Source: Antedon mediterranea
Taxonomy: Eukaryota; Animalia; Echinodermata
Length of the DNA: 64,000 nt
NCBI RefSeq assembly: GCF_964355755.1
Contig: NC_092670.1
Location: 35,700,388-35,764,387, forward strand
Direction of reading: 5' to 3'
This document shows positions 50,691-63,540 of this stretch, piece by piece. The first letter of the stretch is position 1. Each line of letters starts with the position of its first letter. Both the position numbers and the translations under genes were made by a program. The notes under the pieces are model-generated. The model saw only the letters and a program-made list of their open reading frames with translations. It had not been told where the DNA came from and did no database searches.

Positions 50691-51491
50691 TTCTAGTTAT
50701 AATACTATATAGGCCTACTATATTATAATCTGTATGACACCTTTTCTACATAAAACTGCGTTTTACATTAGAATCATAGGAATAGATAAAAATAACTGAG
50801 TTCATAAACTGAATGATTTGAACCGTCTGAAACTATTAAGTTTATTCTCTACCATTGACTTCGGAAACAACGACGTCACTCATAACAATTAACATAAGCC
50901 TGTCTGTTGACCTTGGTGAACAATTACCACCTTTCATTATCAACACATTAGACACATTAGATTAATTGGTGTTGCTGATAAAGAGGCCTATTAAAACGCC
51001 ATTAATTGTTTTCAAAGTCAAAGTTTTAATTGTCAAATCAGTCGAGTACGTGACTCTGATAGTCTGCTGAACTTGTTTTAATAGTGGTTATGAAATTATT
51101 TATAGATGTTAAACGATGTAGTACTGTAGTATATGTTTAGTAAAATATGAAATAATTATTTTAATTCAATTGAGTGGCACCTGACTAACAAACATTTCTC
51201 TAAAAATGGTCAAACACAGAATTTGGCAATTCGCTACAAAAGCCAGTCAGACTCATGTTATAGTGAGAAAGTGTCAGTTCGGTATACCAATTGGATACAT
51301 TTTTAATTAGCGGGTAAATAAAAATATGAAGCCAAATATGCACCAAATATTAAGAGATTATAGTTATATACATTTTCCACGCGTTTTTGTCCTCATAATA
51401 TTTTTTTCTACAACTGTGTACAAATGAATAGGAATTTTGGGTAATTTGAACAACTGTATCCCCATTGATAAAAGAAAAGTGCTTATTTTAA

Positions 51492-52165
51492 AACTAGAAA
51501 GCCACTCCGAGAGTGCATACCTCCGCCTACTGTAAAATTCTCCTACATAAGATTTCTCCGGTAAAAAAAATATAGGGCCTATATATATTTGTGTGTGTCT
51601 TAATGCTGTTTGTGATTTAGGCTAATTTCACTACAAGCATGTGTATGCGAGTTTGGTGTAATTGTATGTAACAAGCCTTTAAATTAACAATAGCTTCAGT
51701 TGACTGACAATAGAACTGCAACGCGAAAATCAAACGAGTGAATTTGAAAAGAAATAGGTTTTTTAAACTACTCACCGGTGAACTACTCGCATAAAAAAAC
51801 GTGCCATTAAATCAAATTATGTTTTAAAATTACAATCACAAATTATAACTCTTGCCTGTTGTACAAAAATGAAGTTCTTTGGACAAGTAGTTCTCGAGAA
51901 AATGCAATTTCAGTTTACTTGTTAGGGTACTTTAAGACTGCTCGCCGGCTTTTGAAAAATTCTGTCATATCTTTTAACACTAGCAGGTCTAAAAAATATA
52001 CAAAAAAGTGGTCCAGAATTTGGGACCATGGTCCAAAAATTTTATGGAATGGTCCTTGACCATCTGTATATTCATTTTGGTAAAGATCTTGTAATTACTT
52101 TTTGAGTAATCCTGCTAACAAACAAACACACGCTACCGATTACATATACCTCCTTGGCGGAGGTA
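51492..52165 (-). mobile_element. Helentron-associated (HINE-like) element, copy 2 (intact 3' stem-loop)
   Basis: Reverse complement of 10733-11390; 3' end GGCGGAGGTATGCACTCTCGGAGTGGCTTTCTAGTTTT. Confidence 0.78.
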
Positions 52166-52295
52166 AAAAATGGTGTAGCACTAAAAAAATGGCAACAATT
52201 ATAAAACATATAAGGAACTTATACGTCAGTGTGTTTTATATACACTATTTTATTGCTGAATGGTAATGTGCATACAGTAGTACCTTGCTATAATT

Positions 52296-52523
52296 TCACG
52301 TGATGATGACGTGACGTCATGCCATTTCCTTAATTCTACCAATAAAGAGCCAGTGTTATTAAACTACTTTAAACACTCCTCCATTGACAATCGCCGGTAA
52401 GTTGTAGTACCTCACAGGCGCATCGTAAGCTGCCGGTGCAATTTAGTCATTAGCATCTGATATTCGGGCAGATTCGGCAACTAAAGATCACAGATCGGTT
52501 TTTGATGTTCCTTTGAATAATAG
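52296..52523 (+). promoter_or_regulatory. Putative GPCR promoter and non-coding first exon
   Basis: TCACGTGA (52296), palindromic CRE TGACGTCA (52312), CCAAT (52339), donor TAG|GTAAGA at 52523; acceptor TTTTTCAG at 53158, 6 nt before the ATG. Confidence 0.5.
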
Positions 52524-53164
52524 GTAAGATTTCATTTTGATAATATTACATATTTTAGAATTAGATAACTTTAGAACTGATAGGCTACTCAGATCTCACT
52601 CGTACAGTACCGTATCAGTTCTATTCAATACTTAAAACTCGATTATACACACGAGAAAGTTTAACTAATAAATACATTACTATGATATTGTTTACGCCTC
52701 TGTAGAGAGGTTTTGATAAAAAAGACGCTTCATGAATTCTTTCCTTTACGGATGTACAAAGCATAAACAAACACAATGCCAATTTCTTATCTTTCTATTA
52801 AATTCAAAAACAATAAGTTGCTTTCAATGGTATAAACCAATTAAACTTAACTTTCACCTGTGTTCTTGATTGAATATAGGATTACTTTTACTTTCGTCTG
52901 TCTTAGATTTTTCCATGAATTTTGACACGAAGATTTGACGAGAATAGTATACACGTCTTGCTAAATACTTAACATGTATGCCTCCCTATAATTCATTTCT
53001 ATAAATGTAATTATGATAATTCACTAGGACAAATTACTTTGCAAGGCCTAGTAGCTTTTGTTTGTTTGTTATTATTTATTTATACATGAATGAAATAGGT
53101 AAAAAAAGTAAAGTTGGCACTTATCATTAATATATATATATATATATATTTTTTTCAGGCGACA

Positions 53165-54169
53165 ATGGAGGAAACATCAAATGAAACTGTCTTGCCGCCA
53201 TGGATATGTACTTTTCCTGACTTCACTCGGACTAAACTTGCGACAAAAGCCTCATACGTTTATAGCTATCTATCCATTATTGCTATTTTATCGTTTCTGA
53301 TTATCATCACGAATTCTATTATACTAATAGCTATGATATTAAACAAGAAACTACATAGATCAAGATACGTTCTGATATTGAATCTGTGCATATCTGATTT
53401 GTTGGTTGGATTGATTTTCCCGGTTGTCGTCTGGGGTGGAGCCGGCGTTGGAGATATTCTCGGGAGTATTGTCTCGTTTGTTTCTATGCTCACAATCCTG
53501 TCTATAGCGATTGAACGATTTTTAAAGATAGTGTTGTGTCCGTATAGTAAGAAACTGGCAACGTCTCGGCAACTGATAGCGGTCTGTGGTGGCATCTGGC
53601 TAATGTCTGCAGTACTGTTCTTCTCTGTTATAGACAAACCGGAGGCTTATGGCTACCTTTACCATTTTATCATTCCAGTCCTTTTGTTTATCATTCTGGT
53701 AGTCATCATCGTACTCTATCTTTTGATATTCATGAATGTTAACAAGCAAGAGGTATCGCAGTCACAACGATCAACAATAAAACGCGGCAAGTTTATAAAA
53801 TCAAAAAGAGTTCTCGAAGGTTTTGTTATGATTGTAGCTCTTTACATCTGCTGCTATCTACCATGGGGCGTGGAATCTTTCAGAATCGGAATCCTGATGG
53901 CAAGAAATGAGCAAGATATCTGCTGGAGAGGAACCATTCCGTTATATTTCACTATCTGCATCGGTATTCTGAACGCGGTATTGAATCCATTCATTTACTG
54001 GAGACGTCTACCTGATTTTGGTGACAGCGTCAAAGCGCTGTTTAAATGCTGTTGTGGAAAATACGATTCTAAAGATTTCGAAAACAACGATTCTTCAACT
54101 ACTCTTGCAAGACAAAACTCTAGACTTTCAAATTACACCAAAGAAAATACAATTAAACATAACAACTGA
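53165..54169 (+). CDS. Class A (rhodopsin-like) GPCR, orphan, 334 aa, single coding exon
   Basis: Seven hydrophobic segments; TM1 N, TM2 NLCISD, TM3 IAIERF, TM4 W, TM6 CYLP, TM7 NPFIY, helix 8 F and CCC; N-glycosylation sequon NET. True start MEETSNET follows the splice acceptor. Confidence 0.93.
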   Translation: MEETSNETVLPPWICTFPDFTRTKLATKASYVYSYLSIIAILSFLIIITNSIILIAMILNKKLHRSRYVLILNLCISDLLVGLIFPVVVWGGAGVGDILGSIVSFVSMLTILSIAIERFLKIVLCPYSKKLATSRQLIAVCGGIWLMSAVLFFSVIDKPEAYGYLYHFIIPVLLFIILVVIIVLYLLIFMNVNKQEVSQSQRSTIKRGKFIKSKRVLEGFVMIVALYICCYLPWGVESFRIGILMARNEQDICWRGTIPLYFTICIGILNAVLNPFIYWRRLPDFGDSVKALFKCCCGKYDSKDFENNDSSTTLARQNSRLSNYTKENTIKHNN

Positions 54170-57100
54170 AATATTATTAATTAATTGTTATCAAACTTAC
54201 TCATCATAACCGGTCTCGCACGCTTGACAAGCGCATGACGTGATGACTCGCTTACATGTTTTGGACATAGATATTGGTCTTGGAAACACCAAAGAGAAAG
54301 TCCTCCTTGACTCGCATATAAACAATTGGAACAATTGTATGTGTATAATTGTAAATATTAGTTAATAATAATGTGATAGAAATACATGTTGCTATTTCAA
54401 TACTTCTTCATATTTACTAAATTTTTACTGTACTCTTACGCTCGATGTTCTTAAGTTTAGTTTTATGATTTTTTTACATTTTTATTTTATTAAAAAAGGC
54501 CAAAAACAGTTTTCCAAATGGTTTCGAACAATATTGTAACAATCACTGAAGAGTAAAAAAGATGACCAAATATTTAGTTAGCTCATTTCCATTGAGAAAA
54601 CCAGTTCAATGTATTATTGAATAGCCCAATGGTTGGACAATATACAGTAACATCCATCCTTTGGGACAACCCTATTAAGGACACGTCACTCCTTTTCAAG
54701 AGTTTCTCTCTAAGTCTAAGATAGGAAATCACACGTTTAAACATTAAATAACCTCATTTCAGACACCGTATTTAACATGATGTTCTATTGTTCCATTTCT
54801 CCTTGATAACAATAATGTATATACGTATATTGTATCCAATAGAATGATATGGATTTTGTACAAATTAATCGTAATTATATATAACAGGTATGTTGTGTCC
54901 CCAGAGTAGTATCATTGTAATGTGTACATAGAAACCGGTGAAAGCCGCTTTGCATTAATACATATGTGTTTTAAGTGCTTTCTTGTAGGCTTGATCAGAA
55001 ATAAATTGTTTCCATGTCCTTTATACATCTGTAGCCTACTTGCCAATTGAATTAATATCTTTATACAAACAAATTACCTTGTACTTCTTTTTCATCTGAC
55101 CGATTTTTATATCGGGTTAAAAGTACGATTGAATTCGGAGATTTTATATTGTCTATGCGATTATTTCGGTAATAGCCAACAAAAGAAAATGATTAAGAAG
55201 AATGATTAAATTAGAATAATTATAATTATTATCTTTAGTATTAATATTGTTATGTAGCCTATAGGCTGTAAATAAAACAGATATATTGATTGTCCCTTGT
55301 AATTCAATTGACTTTCTCATAGGTTACTCTCAGAAAAGGTGGAAACCGTAATTATTTATGACAACACAGTCATATCAACAGTTAATGTTTATATCATATA
55401 ATTCGACGAACGAAAATAAAGTTACCTACTGTGAAAGCTTCTTGATTATTAATTTATGTGACAGAAACAGTTACGGTATCATGAAAACACTTCAACACGT
55501 ACAACTAAATAGGCCTATTTCGTTTGAAAATCGACATAGCCATATGCAAATCTCATTATATAATATTGTTAATGATATTATAATACTAATAGTCTAGTCG
55601 TACATTTATTATTATTAAAATTTGAAACGTGACACGTAAACAGTAAATCATTTGTTTTGAGTTTGAAAATTCGAAATACATCCTTGTTTGTGGGTGTGAT
55701 AAAAAATGGATTTGCGGAAATTTTAAGTTCAAGTTTGAAATACAATTAATTGATTGTTTGAGATTAATCTACAATACAAATTTGCAATTTTTGTACTGAA
55801 CCACAACCATATGTTGATTATCTGATTGTCTTTATAGAAAAATAATTAAAACAAAACACAGTGTAATACTTCCTTGTCGAACTAGACCACACTGCGTGTA
55901 GTGTATTACGTATATAGTATTGATAAACGATATAAGGAGGCTACACACACAGTAGTATTGTAAGAACAATGGATATGAATTATAGTTTATAAACGGAAGA
56001 CGGATGGAAGTTGTTCGATCTATAATGCATTGTTGACCATCAACGCTAGGGCAATATATATCCCTCACCTAAGATTCCATAAGCTTCATACAAGGATGTA
56101 AACGTAACATATTACGTTCAATAAGTTAATTGAGAAAGAGCATTACACAGTCGATACATCAATTTATATACTAAATGATCTATAGATAGGCCTAATCGAA
56201 ATCAAGAAGTATCAAGTCAAGTCTAACCACTACTATACTGGCGGATTTAGATTTAGAAATAGTGGAAAGCTTAAGGGAGTCATTTGATGCGAGGGGGTAT
56301 AAGGAGTGATGGCATAGCGCCTTCTAATACGACGTTTAAATTGAGGTTCTTAAATTGAAGTGATTGAAAGAAAAAACAATACAAATTTTTATTTTCTTGG
56401 TTTAATCCACACAACAATACAGTATCCAGTGTAGGATTGCCATTAGTTGCTAGTATATACAATAGACTACTTATTAAAAATCTTTATTTTACAAAATGCA
56501 TCTGTAACATTTGGACGGAATATCGTAGTACGAAAACTCAGACCCACACTGGTCAAAGCGTTATTAGAACTCGTCTAATAACTAGACCATACAAAAAAAC
56601 AGATATTAATGCATTGCAGATACATAGTTCATTCCACCTTTCAAACATTTTTATTCTAAAATACACATTGATGAAGGGTGATTGGTAGCCCTCCTTGTTA
56701 ACGTGAAAATCACACGCAAGTCCTTCCATTTTTCGGCATGTTTTAACATACAGTATCTGTCCTGACAAACATTTATACAACAGTTTGTATACCAGGCACT
56801 TTATGTAGAGAACTAATGTGATGAAATACAAAGACTGAAATTTCCACTAAAGCATTGCCCAAGTGAATGAAATATGACGTCATGCGCGCTGATCTGACGT
56901 CATTGAAAATACCAATCAATCGATTAATAAGTTGCTGTATCCAGGAAGGTATAACACTGCTGTAACGAAACTCGAAGCACAAATTCTTCAGACATATTTT
57001 GTCAATATTTTTTATACATTTGATGATTAGAGTGTTTAACATTGATATCACTATAATATATATAACATACACTTCCTAAGAAACTAAAAAAATTAATCTA

Positions 57101-57604
57101 TAAATCAGTTTATATGTTTGTCGTGTTTACAATCATTTTATACAAGGCAATATCTGAAGGTGATTTACTCCAAAATATCAATATCTGGTAGGTATTAATA
57201 ATAAAAAAGTAATTATTTTACAATATAAAGAATTTGATGAACAATACAATTTGTTTGAATGGAATAATAATAATATATATGTCAAGGTAATAAACAAAAA
57301 AAATGATAATAATTCTATCATTATCCTTAAATCATCTTTCAAATTCTAATCAATTTACAATGTGCTGTTTATTGCCATAGACTTATTTTGCTAAGATATG
57401 TATTATGTACAAAATATAATTCAACACACTTAAAAAAAAAGTTAAATAAATATTGTTGATGGTTTTAAACAAATGTAAAGCTCTGTCTACACTATCAAAC
57501 TAGTTTTACCAAAAGAAGTGTGTATATGTCAAAATATGGTAGTGATATGCTCAAATACGGTACTGATATGACATAAACGTGTCCATAATATGGAGATCTC
57601 ATTA

Positions 57605-58387
57605 AAGCCCTGTCTGCACTATCAAACTAGTTTGACAAAAAAAAAGTGTAATGTGCCCAAATATGGCAGTGACATGCCTTTCATCATTTGCGGTACTATA
57701 TACGTACCATTTATTTGTATCAACAACAAAATAATACAGTATTTCTTTCACAAGAATATTTCTATATACTTATTTGATACAAAACGGGTATGCAATGAGC
57801 CGAAGCTCTTAAACGCATTATCCTATAATACAGATATCTAATTAGCAAATAAAACAATAAAAGTACAAATAGAAATAAAAGTAAAAGTAACAAAAGTGAA
57901 CTCTACATGAGTGAGTATTTATTTATTAATAGTTGTTGTATTTCCTTTTTAAATTTTCCGATTTTAGTTTCACACTTTATGTTTTCAGGTAAACGGTTCC
58001 AAATATTTGCCCCTCTATAGGCAATACTTCTTTGTCCTATATTTGTTCTTTTTAGAGGAATACGGAAATCACTCTTCTTCCGCGTACCATACTCATGTAC
58101 AGATTCCATTTTTGTAAAAAAAGAGTTAAATGAAACTGGTAAATTGCCCATACGGAATTGAAACATAAATACAGCAGTGTACTTCTCATACAAGTCAAAA
58201 ATATTCAATAGGTTTTTGTTATAGAATAAATTTGCTGATGGATGCTGATAATGCACTTTACATATAATTCTGATCGCTCGTTTTTGAAGTATATGTATTC
58301 TCTGTAGCTTCGTTGGTAGTGGTATGACATAATCGTGTCCATATATGGGCACATTGTCACATAAAGTTTCATAGTGCAGACAGAGCT
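57605..58387. mobile_element. MITE family A copy split by a LINE insertion
   Basis: Left half 57605-~57679, right half ~58314-58387. Confidence 0.75.
57680..58313 (-). mobile_element. CR1/L2-group LINE 3' fragment
   Basis: LQKRAIRII...H.YGTR...SIAYRGANIWNRLPENIK...FKKEI C-terminal motifs; stop at 57903, 3' UTR to ~57680. Confidence 0.85.
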
Positions 58388-58446
58388 TTATAGCATAACA
58401 CAATTATTTGCCTTGCATGCTATTATTATGTTTACAAATGTGTTTT

Positions 58447-58868
58447 AAACTCTATCTAATTGTATGTGACAAAAAACAAATGTGATGTACCCATATATGG
58501 ACGTAATGATATCATATCTCTATCATATTTCGGCTGCTTTTGGCAATTTGCAAGATTTAATTTGTTTAGCTAGATACCCACATCCCTGAGAACACCTGTG
58601 AGTTATGTACTGGCTGGTATATGCACCTTAAATTGCTGGTAAACGGAAGCAGTGATGTGGGTTCAATTGGTCTTGTTTTTTATTCGGTTTTTGTCAAATT
58701 TATCAATTGTATTTAGGTTTAAGGTTAATTTGTTTCATGGTTTTTCACAAGCGCCTTGAGCACTTTAGTGGATATGTGCGCTGTATGAATCTTATTATAA
58801 TATTATTATTATTATTATTTATTATCACACTTTTTTCTCAAACTAGTTTTATAGTGTAGACAGAGCTT
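58447..58868. mobile_element. MITE family A remnant containing an L2-type 3' tail
   Basis: MITE halves flank ~58531-58825, which ends AAGCGCCTTGAG...TGCGCTGTATGAAT(ATT)n. Confidence 0.6.
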
Positions 58869-58952
58869 TAGTGTACAATTAATTACAACTTAATTATTTT
58901 CTTTATTTCCTTTTATTATGGCCAAGTGCTTTTCTAATTATAGTTTTCTACT

Positions 58953-61900
58953 TTATACAAAAACAGCTGAGCGCTCTTTTAACTTGACATCCTTGTCATG
59001 TGAGAAATGTAATGTTTCCTCTGCAAGATTTAGAGGGGTGCTGGCAATGGCAATACTCCGACCTTGAAATGTCTATAAAGAAATACATTAAAATTATAAC
59101 ACCTTTACATCCTATTAAGTGACTTTATTATAATTCTACTGCAGGTACTGCTTTAACAACATTTTGTTTACTCTTTTAGCTGCACAACCCCAATTGATTA
59201 GAAATCTATTTTTGAGTAATCATGCACATAAGGTTTTAATCGCAAATAGCGTGCACGAGGATTTGGGAGCAAACTCTTCCCATCATGCATTGTGCAATGA
59301 CGTTCCTCACAAAATCAAGCTATTTGCAATAAACCTTATTGTTTATTGCATTGTTTATAGAACTTTACATTAAATCAAATCATACAAAAAATTATTTCAG
59401 TAAAATGTGTATTTACTGCTGCTGCAGTAGAATAATTTTGACATGATCCCTGAATTTAAAGATATTGTCCAACATATTTTTTTTAATATGCCATTTTAAT
59501 GTCCCATAATAGTTATTCACTTCAAGTTTGACCAAAAACTGGATGGAAAAAAACTATACCTGATTCACTGGCACTGTCAGACCATGGTTTTCGGTTAAAG
59601 TTAAAGACCCCTTCCCTGCAATTTTGGACGTTTTTTGGAAAATAATACATATATATCACTTTAAAAACATTAAACCATGTCATTCCTTGTCTTAAATGTA
59701 CGTTTTATGGTAAATTATGATAAAAAGTGAGAAACAATGCACTACCTAAGTAGCTCGCGGCGATCGACCTCTCGTGGACGGTCTTAGGCCTAGCCTAGCT
59801 AGGCTTAGTTTTGTAGGCCTAGCTGGTAAACATCGATAACGTACGAACATCGTACGCTAGCTATATACCTAGCCCGACGTTGTATAGCTGCTGCATTAAT
59901 TGTCTTTCTATTTTTGCCAGACTCCGTTGATACAAATTGGGGAAAACCCGGTATTTTCGCTGAAAAGTTAGGAGTCTTCCATTTGTTTTGGCTTCACGAT
60001 CGATCGAAAAGTGGGCGAATTACAGGTGAAAAACAAAAATATCAATCCGCGCGCAATGCATTTTGGGATTTATAGCGGGCCGCTATAATTATTAGAATCG
60101 ATTTATTTTTCACATTTTTAACCGTTTAAAGACGAAAAAAGTTATCGCAATAGGACCATATAGTATTATTTTTACATTAAATATAGTTTGTGATCTTAAA
60201 TTAGATCTAAAAAACGTAGGGAATGGGGCTTTAAACGTTTCTTTTGTGAAATAATAATTGTTGTTGTTTTCTTTTTACAGAAGTGAATAACTTTATTACA
60301 ACTGCAAAATGGCCTATTTAAAATCTGATTTTATTAATATTCATTTTTCATGTTTTTGGGGAACAATACATCTTTAACTGTAACTGTCCAAAAAAAAGAA
60401 TCACAAAGTATATATATTTTTGTTATTAATTACAGCTTACTTGCTTCCTGTATCTATTAATTTAAGACATGTGTGTGTGTGATTCCCATTACTATAATTA
60501 ATAGCTTAGTTCACATGAGTCTCTAGATAGAACAGGTATTTAGACTTACATCCAGTTCACACTTTACATAATTAGAATCAACATTTCATTTCATGCGAAT
60601 GAAACACAATTTTTGTAATATTAAAATGTGTTATTAAGAAGCTAGTGATATGTAAACAGATTGAAAAAAAACTTACTGTAGTTTGAAGGTGAGGAAGATC
60701 AGTTGTATGGAATACATCGCTGAAAAACATAAAACATTATAACTATATAAATCCCAAGGCAAATAACTGAAAAAAATGACAATGCTGTGGGTATCAGTGG
60801 CTGGATCTCAATTGAGAAAAAAAGAAGCGAAAAGTTAATCAAAACGATAAAGTAAAAAAGGCAGCAAAGTTAGCAAATATATAGTAATAATATCATATCA
60901 TAATGCACATTGTGCACTAATAAAGGATGTTTAGCCATGTCATAAATTTAAATGAGACATGTATGACAATATTCTGACTGGAATTATGATCCGTTTCATA
61001 ATTTTGTTTTCTTTTCATGCCGCTGCCATTACTCATATGGTGCAATGTGTTTGTTGTTTTTCCTTTGTGGTTACCAATTTGGGGTTGTATCACAAATAAA
61101 CCAAACATAATTGGTCAAATGTTTTGCCCCCCTCTGACGTAATTTGTACTTCATACAAAGTACATTTGAGAATACTTTCGAACAAATTCGCAAGTAATTA
61201 ATTCTCAAGTGGGACTCGAACCCACGACTGACTTCCAGATCACCAGCCCAGCGTTCATACCTCCAGACCACCGAGCTTGTGCTTATGGCTGGTGGTTAGA
61301 TTCGAGCCCAAGTAAGCAGCGGGCACTGCACCAACAGGGTTGTATTTTATGAACTATTAAAAACCAAACATACATGGTTATAGCTTTAATACAAATTTGT
61401 TGATATGACTGACTGCCACAACATCAACTTACCTTTCCTTAATACTGAGTTTAGCCCTAGAAACATCTATTGATGTTTTTTGCATATCCTTTGCAATCTA
61501 TAAAAGAAATTAAATTTTTTTTTTACTTATGTATTTTTGGCAATAAACGTAATTATTACAACTCCACTCCCAAAGACTTGCAGTAAGACTTATGTAGAGC
61601 ATGTTGTGTATTTTTTATCTTGTGAACAGGATTGCTACCTTTAAGAAGGATAGTAAATGAATGCGTTTATGGTTATCCTTGGAAATTTGCCTATATATAT
61701 AATATATATATATTAATTATATCAAAAAGAAAAATAAATAAATTCAACAATTACTGTATACCAGGGCCATAGGCTTAGGAGGCCCAAACCCCCTCCAAAA
61801 AAGGCAGAAATGTTTTATAAAGTTCCACATTTATAATTTTCCCTGTAACCTCCCTTTCCCCTACCCTCAGATAGCAACCAGTCTACACCATTGGATTATT

Positions 61901-62758
61901 TAATTAATTATTATTTAATTAATAGTTGTAATGAACTACAGTAGAAATAGAGTTTGTTTTGAAAGTAATACGATAGGTTAAATACATTAATCGTGTAACC
62001 AGGAAAATGAATTAACATTGCACCAAAGGATGTCTGAAGTTTAGTTAAGTATTTTTTTTTTATTTCATTTACGAGACATAAGTGATGCCAAAAATAAACC
62101 AGTAGTGAAGCTTTCCATTGGTTGATACTATAGGCCTGTAATAGGCTAGGTCAAAGGAAACCATCTGATTGGCTGGTCCCTGTTTTATAAAAGTGAAGTG
62201 ACTTACTACTACCTGAAATCTAAAAACGCTGGGAAAATCCCTACTCTTGTACAGCCTGTAGCCTACACACTGACCCTGCTTTATAATAGGCTTTATTAAA
62301 ACAAAAAACCTGTTCAATCGATAAACAGCTATTATACAGTTCAGAATAACAAGGATATATTTAGGGCACCATGTTTTTAAAAACTTGCATAAGCCCTATC
62401 CTGAAAACCTTATTTATAACTGAGTTTTACTTTAATCTCTATTTAAAACTAAGGGCCTATTTCTGATGCATTCTTAATGGTAAAAAAATTCTCCATTATA
62501 TAGAATCTACAGAATCTCTACAGTGACCTGTTTCTGCTGCAATTAATTTATAAAGCTGTTCAGACAGAGTTATTTACCAGAGTAAGTTGTAACCGAGAAA
62601 ACAACTGTTATGTTAATATTGTTGGCGGCAGAAACAGGCCATAAGAGCCAAAAAAAAAAGAACATAATTACTTTAAGCATATTGTAGTTTGATGTTCTGG
62701 TTACAAAGCTGTTCCAGTCAGCAATTGCTTTCTCCTTCTGTTTGTGGTTTTCACGGAT
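58953..62758 (-). CDS. 3' exons of an unidentified protein-coding gene (partial)
   Basis: Phase-compatible exons 62672-62758, 61433-61497, 60677-60719, 58953-59072: IRENHKQKEKAIADWNSFVTRTSNYNMLK/IAKDMQKTSIDVSRAKLSIKES/DVFHTTDLPHLQTT/TFQGRSIAIASTPLNLAEETLHFSHDKDVKLKERSAVFV*; good pyrimidine-AG acceptors and GTAA donors. Confidence 0.65.
59460..60373. mobile_element. Older K2-type Kolobok-like element hosting a K1 insertion
   Basis: TTAA|AGATATTGTCC ... GGAACAATACATCT|TTAA. Confidence 0.6.
59605..60230 (-). mobile_element. Kolobok-like MITE K1, full-length copy
   Basis: 626 bp, TTAA at 59601-59604 and 60231-60234, near-identical reverse complement of 12062-12687. Confidence 0.9.
61209..61277 (-). 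mobile_element. tRNA-like head (SINE or tRNA pseudogene)
   Basis: Reverse strand GCTCGGTGGTCTGGAGGT...GTGGGTTCGAGTCCCAC with A/B boxes but no pairing acceptor stem. Confidence 0.55.
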
Positions 62759-63229
62759 CTAAAGAAGAAGATTTAGAGAGATAATTACAAGTACACAGTG
62801 TTGTATTATCAACAACCATACAGTTGGCAATCTTAATCCCAACCTGCCTCAACTACCTGTTAATAGTGTATGATTTAAGTGTTGACCATTATCTAATACT
62901 GTAAATGGACAGTTATTAATTCTTATTCTATAGAAAAGGAACAGTAGACTAATCTCCCCCTAATCTACTAGATTATCAACAGGATCTTAAACTTGATCCT
63001 AATCTCTTGTGCTGTATTAAGATGTTCCATTTTGAAATGAGTAATGATCTTTCCTTCCCTAGTTTACCAAAATGTACTAACAATGTCGGTTGTGGCAATT
63101 TTATTATTTCTTTTTTCATTCTTGCAAGTTGTCTCATATTTTATTTACACATTGTAATAATTCAGAATTATAGATTCAAATTTTCTTTTAATATAGTACA
63201 CCTTCTGTATACAACACTATATCATGTTG

Positions 63230-63540
63230 AAGGAATACATACCTGTATACCACTCTGAGGAATATATACCTGTATATCACTCTGAGGAATATATACCTGT
63301 ATATCACTCTGAGGAATATATACCTGTATATCACTCTGAGGAATATATACCTGTATATCACTCTGAGGAATATATACCTGTATATCACTCTGAGGAATAT
63401 ATACCTGCATATCACTCTGAGGAATATATACCTGTATATCTCTCTGAGGAATATATACCTGTATATCACTCTGAGGAATATATTTACTATATATTCACCT
63501 GTATATCACTCTGAGGAATATATACCTGTATATTTCTCTG
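63230..63540. repeat. 27-bp minisatellite (GAGGAATATATACCTGTATATCACTCT)n
   Basis: About 11 units; explains the 9-aa periodic ORFs on both strands. Confidence 0.95.

Noticed and set aside
53114-53164. N-terminal 17 aa of the GPCR ORF
   Set aside because: Intronic (TA)n and polypyrimidine tract before the acceptor at 53158.
53266-53637. 123-aa antisense ORF
   Set aside because: Shadow of the GPCR coding strand.
61209-61277. Functional tRNA gene
   Set aside because: Acceptor stem does not pair; treated as SINE head or pseudogene.
62069-62213. Possible alternative terminal exon of the minus-strand gene
   Set aside because: Acceptor and open frame present but no independent support; the four-exon model does not need it.
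62990-63205. Candidate upstream exon of the minus-strand gene
   Set aside because: No acceptor/donor pair giving a phase-compatible join was found.
63188-63514. Periodic ORFs (EEYIPVYHS, YRYIFLRVI)
   Set aside because: Artefacts of the 27-bp minisatellite.
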